Shown here: positions 58,265 to 64,000 of the stretch, piece after piece
How the letters are laid out: every line of letters starts with the position of its first letter
Position numbering within the stretch: position 1 is the first letter of the stretch
Assembly (NCBI GenBank): GCA_024699235.1
Contig: JAILPY010000175.1
Span: 10,873-74,872 of the forward strand
Length of the DNA: 64,000 nt
DNA from: Treponema sp.
GTDB taxonomy: Bacteria; Spirochaetota; Spirochaetia; Treponematales; Treponemataceae
Direction of reading: 5' to 3'
Notes under the pieces: model-generated
What the model saw: the letters and a program-made list of their open reading frames with translations, nothing else
Told to the model about the DNA's origin: nothing
The model's database searches: none
Position numbers and translations under genes: made by a program

Positions 58265-60079
58265 ATGCATATTAATTGTAATTTGCTTAAATTCTTGACA
58301 AACCTTTCCTTTTCAAAGCGTTTGCTCTTTCTTTTTATTATGAGTAGCATTGTTCCTCTTTTTCTTCTTTCATTTGTATTTATGGAAATAAGTCAGTGGA
58401 TGCTTCAAAGGAATTCTGCTCGTCAGGCTAATGATGTAATTAACTCTGTTGCGAAAACTGCAAGTGAAACTGTTGGTGGAGCCTTTTCTTTGGCGGAAGA
58501 ACTTGCTTCTTCTCCCTTTGTAATTGACTGGTGTGCAGGACTGCACAGTGAGGGAGAAAAAGGCTTTCTGGAAAATAACGTTCTCATTTCAAACTTATTC
58601 CAAGATATTGCTCAGCGAAATAAAGATAATTTCTATCAGGTATATATTGTGTCGTATGAAACCGAACGTACTATTTCTCGAGAAATAGTTCCTGCTGAAT
58701 ATAATCTGTCAGCTTATTCAGATTGGGGGGTATTTCATCGCATTAAGGAAAAAGGATCAGGCACTCTGTTTGTTCAGCCTCATCATCTTATAGGAAAGTG
58801 TATTGCAGCCGTATGCGTACCTGTAGTTAATGTTGATGGTATAAATACAGGATGCATAATTGTTGATATACTTAGAAGCGGCTTTGCTTCAAAGCTTTCA
58901 AAACTGACAGGAATTAACATATTCAGTCAGTTCTATATGTTCGATTCTAGCGGATGCATTGCTTACAGCGGTTATTCTGCAGAGGCGGAAGGTTCTTTTA
59001 TTCAAGATGTTCAAAGGCCTTTGAACAAATCAAAATTACAGCCTGTTTGTCAAACGGTATCTTTTTCTTTTTTAGATTCTTCTCTGTGTGTGTGCGGCCT
59101 TCTTCCTGCAGATGAAAATTTATGGTTTGTTCAGGGACTTCGTCATTTAACGCTAAAAACAGCATTGTTGACAGCATTGTTTGCTGTTTTGATTTCTGCT
59201 GTAATTTCTCGTTCAGTTGCCCAGCCTGTAAAAACTCTAGCAAGTGCAATGCAACGGGCAGAAGCAGGGGAACTCGATGTTCAGTGTCCTGAGCCAGATC
59301 AGCCTTTTGCAGATAGAGACATGACTTTTCTCATCAAGAGGTTCAATAAAATGGTTAAACGAATTTCTCAGTTGACGGATGACCGTGTCGAGCAGCAAAG
59401 GCTGCTAAGGGTTTCAGAAGTAAAATCCCTGCAGGCTCAGATAAGCCCGCATTTTCTTTATAATACGCTTAATTCTATAAAATCAATGGCTAAATTTGCA
59501 GGTGCTTCCAAAATAGCAAAGATGGTTACGAATCTTGGAAAGCTTTTACGTGATAGCTTTGCTTCTGAAGGTGATTTCTGTTCAATAGAGCATTCTCTTG
59601 AAATTGTAAGGAATTATTTTGATATAGAATCTATGCGATGGGAAAATAAATTTTTATTTGTTGAAGAAATTGATCAGGAACTTTTGCCTTATCCTATTCC
59701 AAGGCTTATTATTCAGCCTGTCGTTGAAAATGCTCTTGTTCATGGACTTGAAGAAAAAAACGAAGGAGGAACTTTGTTTGTCAGGGGATTCTTTAAGAAG
59801 CGAGAAGACGGAAATCGTGACATAATTATAGAAGTTCAGGATGACGGCATTGGAATGGATGAGAAGACATTGCTAGAAATTAAGGAAAACTTACGTACTA
59901 TTACAAGATCAAAGCGACTTGGAAGTAACGGAATTGCACTTGTAAATACACATTCTAGGTTAAGACTTTTATATGGGGAACCCTATGGTCTTTCTATCAG
60001 TTCTAAGGAAGGAGAGGGTACTACTGTAATAATATGCATACCGGAGGATTTGCGTCATGATGCGAGTTCTGGTTATTGA
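58265..60079 (+). CDS. Sensor histidine kinase (YesM-like)
   Basis: Two TM regions, HAMP, LQAQISPHFLYNTLNSI, QPVVENALVHG, DDGIG, GEGT. Confidence 0.92.
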   Translation: MHINCNLLKFLTNLSFSKRLLFLFIMSSIVPLFLLSFVFMEISQWMLQRNSARQANDVINSVAKTASETVGGAFSLAEELASSPFVIDWCAGLHSEGEKGFLENNVLISNLFQDIAQRNKDNFYQVYIVSYETERTISREIVPAEYNLSAYSDWGVFHRIKEKGSGTLFVQPHHLIGKCIAAVCVPVVNVDGINTGCIIVDILRSGFASKLSKLTGINIFSQFYMFDSSGCIAYSGYSAEAEGSFIQDVQRPLNKSKLQPVCQTVSFSFLDSSLCVCGLLPADENLWFVQGLRHLTLKTALLTALFAVLISAVISRSVAQPVKTLASAMQRAEAGELDVQCPEPDQPFADRDMTFLIKRFNKMVKRISQLTDDRVEQQRLLRVSEVKSLQAQISPHFLYNTLNSIKSMAKFAGASKIAKMVTNLGKLLRDSFASEGDFCSIEHSLEIVRNYFDIESMRWENKFLFVEEIDQELLPYPIPRLIIQPVVENALVHGLEEKNEGGTLFVRGFFKKREDGNRDIIIEVQDDGIGMDEKTLLEIKENLRTITRSKRLGSNGIALVNTHSRLRLLYGEPYGLSISSKEGEGTTVIICIPEDLRHDASSGY

Positions 60080-60872
60080 AGATGAGCCTATTGTCCGAAG
60101 GGACTTAGTTCTTACAACTCCATGGGAAGAGCTAGGTTGTGTATGTATTGGTGGTGCCGAAGACAGCAAGCAGGCGCTTGAACTTATTAAGGAGCAGAAA
60201 CCTGAAATTATTATTACCGATATAAGAATGCCTGGCCTGAGTGGATTAGACTTAATAGAAATTGTTGCGGAAATGTGCGCTGTTTCTGAGGATGGGTATT
60301 TCTGCGAGTGCATAATACTTTCTGGTTATAGTGATTTTGAATATGCCCGTCAGGCAATGCGTTCTGGAGTACAGGAATATCTAGTAAAGCCTGTTGATGA
60401 TGAAGAACTTGCAAATGCTATACGAAGGGCTAAGCAACGGATTGAAACTCATAAAAATGATGATACTCTAAAAAGAAAGCTGTCTGATTCAACAGAAAGC
60501 ATGCTTATGCTCTTTAAGGAATACCAGCTTGGAGAAAGAAAATCTCCTAACGCAAGATACGTTGAGCAGGCTATCGAACTTATAGCTTCGTCTTATATTG
60601 GAGGCATTACGATAGAGTCTGCTGCAGAAAAAATGTCTATTTCTGCAAGTTATTTAAGTCGTATATTCAAACAGGAAACAGGTTATACTTTTGTAGATTA
60701 TTTAACTTATTATCGCATAAAAAGGGCGACAGAACTGTTGCGTTCCCCTGCTACGAAAATATACGAGGTTGCAGATCTTGTAGGTTATACAGATGCCAGG
60801 TATTTCAGTCAGATATTCAGAAAGCTTACTGGCGTAACTCCAAAGGAATTTAGGGATAGTCAAAAGTTATAA
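60057..60872 (+). CDS. Response regulator with AraC-type output (YesN-like)
   Basis: VIEDE, TDIRMPG, LSGYSDFEYA, YLVKP; AraC HTH YEVADLVGY…YFSQIFRK. Confidence 0.93.
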   Translation: MMRVLVIEDEPIVRRDLVLTTPWEELGCVCIGGAEDSKQALELIKEQKPEIIITDIRMPGLSGLDLIEIVAEMCAVSEDGYFCECIILSGYSDFEYARQAMRSGVQEYLVKPVDDEELANAIRRAKQRIETHKNDDTLKRKLSDSTESMLMLFKEYQLGERKSPNARYVEQAIELIASSYIGGITIESAAEKMSISASYLSRIFKQETGYTFVDYLTYYRIKRATELLRSPATKIYEVADLVGYTDARYFSQIFRKLTGVTPKEFRDSQKL

Positions 60873-61904
60873 TGAACGCCATGCCTGCAGTAATCTATCT
60901 TTTTTTCGTGCAGCATCATTTATGTTATATGGCAATATTTTTAAGTCTTCCATAGGTTTTGCACCGGACGGAAGTTTTATATCTGTACGTACGCTTCTTC
61001 TGTTCCAGTTGTGTACAATCAACTCCTGCACTGTATGGCTTAGAACAAAATCTATAAAAGCCTGGGCATTTTCTTTATGTTCTGCATTTTTTACAAGTGC
61101 GACTCCATCTGGCACTGCAACTGTTCCATCAGATGGATAGACTATTGAAAGACTGTTTTCCGTATGTGCAAATGAAAGGACTGCATCTTCAGAAGTAAGG
61201 CCTGCAAAAAACTCTCCGCATGCTACAGATGGGTGTACATCTGTTGATGATGATGCTAACCCTGCAGGAATACTCTGATGCTTTATTTTACGAAGTAAAT
61301 CCCAGTTTTCTCCTTCAGAAGTAAGAAGTATGGCATTTAGTATTGTATAGGCAGAACCTGATTTTTCAGGATCGGGTATTATTATTCTGCTTGTAAAAAA
61401 GGGATCTTTAAGGTCTGACCAATGATTGGGAATCTTATTTTCAGGAACTAGAGTCCCATTGTAAACAATAACCATTGTCATGACTGAAAAACCTGTCCAT
61501 AAGCCTTCATCATCAATATATGAAGGCTTAATGTTTTTTGCTGCAGTAGATATATATGGCTGAAAAAGTTCTTTTGCAGATTCTAATGACTCAACCCCTC
61601 CTCCCCAAAATACATCTGCAGAAGGTATTTCTGAAAGTTCTTCACCCCTAAGCCGCGAAAGTAATTCGCCTGTTCCTCCGTGAATGACGTTTACATAAAG
61701 ACCTGTTCTCTGTCGGAATTCCCTGATAATGAATTCAATTTTGTCTGTTGGATGTGGAGAATATATTACTAAATCAGGCAATGCATTTTGCTGCTGTACT
61801 TTGTTTTTATTATTATGTGCTGAGCATGAAAGAAGTGCTGCACTAAAAAGTATCCATGGGAGAATTAATAACAGATGCATTGCCTTAATAAAATTTTTTA
61901 TCAT
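60867..61904 (-). CDS. AfuA/FbpA-like extracellular solute-binding lipoprotein
   Basis: LLSC lipobox; GGTGELL, ADVFWGG, PDPEKSGSAY, YPSDGT, AFIDFVLS. Confidence 0.83.
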   Translation of the reverse strand: MIKNFIKAMHLLLILPWILFSAALLSCSAHNNKNKVQQQNALPDLVIYSPHPTDKIEFIIREFRQRTGLYVNVIHGGTGELLSRLRGEELSEIPSADVFWGGGVESLESAKELFQPYISTAAKNIKPSYIDDEGLWTGFSVMTMVIVYNGTLVPENKIPNHWSDLKDPFFTSRIIIPDPEKSGSAYTILNAILLTSEGENWDLLRKIKHQSIPAGLASSSTDVHPSVACGEFFAGLTSEDAVLSFAHTENSLSIVYPSDGTVAVPDGVALVKNAEHKENAQAFIDFVLSHTVQELIVHNWNRRSVRTDIKLPSGAKPMEDLKILPYNINDAARKKDRLLQAWRSL

Positions 61905-62749
61905 TCTTTTCCTGCAGAATAAACTGAAGAACCTCCAACAAAATATTTTGACAGACTGAAAAACAGTATGAATATTGGAATGCTTGCAATGACAGCAACT
62001 GCCATCATTATTCCTTCGTCGGCATATTTTTCTGCAGCAAACTTGACGATATAAGCCGGAATAGTTTTCATCTTCTCACTTTGTGCAACAAGAAGAGGCC
62101 ATAAAAGATTGTCCCACTGCTGGCGAAATGTAAGTACAGCAAGCGTTGCAATTGCAGGAGTGCAGTTTGGCAGGACTGTTTTTAAGAAAATCTGTATTTC
62201 AGAGGCTCCGTCAATGCGGGCTGCATCCAGCATGTCTTCAGGGAATGTTATGATGTACTGTCTCATTTGAAATACTGCAAATGCATTTACCATAAAAGGA
62301 ACAATAAGTCCTCCGTATGTATTCTGCATGTGCATGTTCATAACAACCATATACAAAGGAACCATTATTGTTTCAAAAGGAATCATCATTGTTGCCATAA
62401 TTGCAAGGAATACAATGTTCCTTCCCTTGAATTTATATTTAGCAAGGCCAAATCCTACAAGTGACGCCAATATTATTGTGGTACATGTAACTGCTATAGC
62501 GACAATAAGGCTGTTTAAGATATTTCTCAAGTATATAAATGAATGGTCATTTCCTGCGATTGCATTGAAATAATTCTGAAAGTGAAATGGCTTTGGAATC
62601 CATCTGTAAGGCATTTTCATGATATCAATCGCTTTCATGAAACTTGCAGTCAACATGAATAAGAGAGGAATTACAGTGAGGGCACAGAATAGTATTAGGA
62701 ATGCCCATATTATAAGGTCTGCATTTTTAGCCCGTACATCTTTTTTCAT
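61901..62749 (-). CDS. Carbohydrate ABC transporter permease
   Basis: DAARIDGAS EAA motif; MIPFETIMVPLY. Confidence 0.9.
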   Translation of the reverse strand: MKKDVRAKNADLIIWAFLILFCALTVIPLLFMLTASFMKAIDIMKMPYRWIPKPFHFQNYFNAIAGNDHSFIYLRNILNSLIVAIAVTCTTIILASLVGFGLAKYKFKGRNIVFLAIMATMMIPFETIMVPLYMVVMNMHMQNTYGGLIVPFMVNAFAVFQMRQYIITFPEDMLDAARIDGASEIQIFLKTVLPNCTPAIATLAVLTFRQQWDNLLWPLLVAQSEKMKTIPAYIVKFAAEKYADEGIMMAVAVIASIPIFILFFSLSKYFVGGSSVYSAGKE

Positions 62750-62790
62750 ATATTACTCCTTAGTATAACTGAATTAGTAAAAAAAGTATA

Positions 62791-63711
62791 TTAATAAGAA
62801 ACTTCGTCACTCTTTGAAAAGCGGAACTGTATGCATGTAAGGGTAAGCATTATAAGGAACAGTATAATGCTCATTACGCTTGCTCTGCTTATTGCAAGGT
62901 CTCTCATAGCAGTGTTGTATATGTTCAATGTTATTACGTTTATAGGAGCTAGGGGTGCACCGCTTTGAGTAAACATATATTGTGTACTGAATGTTTTTAT
63001 GCACTGTATCATGGCCATAATCGATACCATTACAATAGTTGGCTTAAGAAGCGGTATTGTTATAGTCCAGAACTGCTGGAATTTACTTGCACCGTCAATG
63101 GTTGCGGCTTCATATACTGTTGTAGGAATTTTGCCTATTCCCGTTATGTAAAGTATTGTAAAATATCCTACATATTTCCAGAAGTATACGAGTATTGTTG
63201 AGAACCTTACCATTTTAGAATCTGACAGCCATTTGTAATCTATGCCTGTAGTACCGTGAATCATATTCATAAACTGATTCATTATGCCCCTCGGATCGAG
63301 CAGTATCATCCAGATAAGTGCTATGACAACAGAGGAAAGTACTGCTGGCGAATATAGAATCATCTGCATTGAACGCTTAGCCCTGCTGCGGGTTGAAATA
63401 AGTACTGCTAAAAGCAGACAGATAATGACTAGAGGTACAAAACATCCCACTGTGAATATTGCAGTGGCCTTCATTGAATTCCAAAAATCTGGACTGGAAA
63501 GTACTTTAATGTAATTTGAAAGTCCTACAAATGAAGGTTTTTTAAGGGAAAGAAGTTTTTTGTTATATAGACTTGTTATAATCGCATTTATAATAGGGTA
63601 AAATGAAAACAATGCAAAAAATATAAGTCCTGGCATTGTAAAATACCAGCCCCATCGAGCCTTCTTCTGTTCAAAAGATATTTTTTTTTGTCGGAACATA
63701 CTTTTCTCCAT
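62791..63711 (-). CDS. Carbohydrate ABC transporter permease
   Basis: FVGLSNY; EAATIDGAS. Confidence 0.9.
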   Translation of the reverse strand: MEKSMFRQKKISFEQKKARWGWYFTMPGLIFFALFSFYPIINAIITSLYNKKLLSLKKPSFVGLSNYIKVLSSPDFWNSMKATAIFTVGCFVPLVIICLLLAVLISTRSRAKRSMQMILYSPAVLSSVVIALIWMILLDPRGIMNQFMNMIHGTTGIDYKWLSDSKMVRFSTILVYFWKYVGYFTILYITGIGKIPTTVYEAATIDGASKFQQFWTITIPLLKPTIVMVSIMAMIQCIKTFSTQYMFTQSGAPLAPINVITLNIYNTAMRDLAISRASVMSIILFLIMLTLTCIQFRFSKSDEVSY

Positions 63712-63750
63712 AAATATAAATAATTGCTATATAAGCTATATAGATAGAAA

Positions 63751-63769
63751 GGGCTGCCTAAGGCAGCCC
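63751..63769 (-). terminator. Intercistronic stem-loop after the SBP gene
   Basis: GGGCTGCC-TAA-GGCAGCCC 8-bp GC stem; TTTCT follows on the minus strand. Confidence 0.65.
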
Positions 63770-63781
63770 CAAGGGGTTGTT

Positions 63782-64000
63782 TTACTCCTCGTCTAGAACA
63801 GCCTGAACATTTTTTCTGAGATCATCTAGTGCTGCTTCCGGGGAGGTGCCGGACAGCATGACTGATTCTACAGCATTTTTGAGTAAAGAATCTATTTTAG
63901 GGGAGTTCTCTGCATAATATACTACACTTCCTTTTTCAAGATCTGTTTTAAATACATCTGAATATGGCATTTGTTTAAATGTATCAGATTCAAAAAGGGC
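63782..64000 (-). CDS. C-terminal fragment of a probable sugar ABC substrate-binding protein (5' end outside window)
   Basis: Frame is open to base 64000 (ALFESDTFKQMPY…SPEAALDDLRKNVQAVLDEE); upstream of two permeases. Confidence 0.7.
   Translation of the reverse strand, partial: ALFESDTFKQMPYSDVFKTDLEKGSVVYYAENSPKIDSLLKNAVESVMLSGTSPEAALDDLRKNVQAVLDEE

Noticed and set aside
58153-58265. Genomic island integrated at tRNA-Asn
   Set aside because: No integrase and no repeat of the tRNA 3' end; the tRNA is followed directly by its terminator and chromosomal-type genes.
339-63514. Numerous 60-190 aa ORFs antisense to or nested in recognised genes (e.g. 41081-41641, 39901-40416, 12752-13252, 6065-6535)
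   Set aside because: Shadow frames of well-supported genes with no motifs or RBS.

Overview
AT-rich bacterial chromosomal segment, probably from a gut or rumen Treponema-like spirochaete (inferred from gene content and lipoprotein signals; not confirmed). It is mostly housekeeping and carbohydrate genes: a partial glgX; a LacI/ABC/amylosucrase/GH65-betaPGM/fructokinase operon; CDF, EAL and AGCS genes; U32, ssb, corA, hisC, a carboxyltransferase, hflKC, ABC-F, era, MATE, araB/araD, HD-GYP, M16 peptidase, type III glnA, tRNA-Asn(GTT), and a YesM/YesN-like two-component system facing a sugar ABC operon. The most notable accessory element is an NlaIV/NgoBV-like type II restriction-modification pair (20387-22409). 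It has the structure of a single integron gene cassette: an attC-like hairpin follows the last stop codon, an 8-bp TTGCTATG direct repeat marks both junctions, the crossover core is GCT rather than GTT, and no integrase is in the window. A 22-bp tandem array lies just upstream of it. Other signals: an ANTAR-like hairpin overlapping a terminator in the glnA leader, about ten genes with apparently leaderless promoters, a G1-C72 tRNA-Asn, and a candidate three-component sugar-phosphate sensor. All family assignments are by motif recognition from memory; no database search was run.
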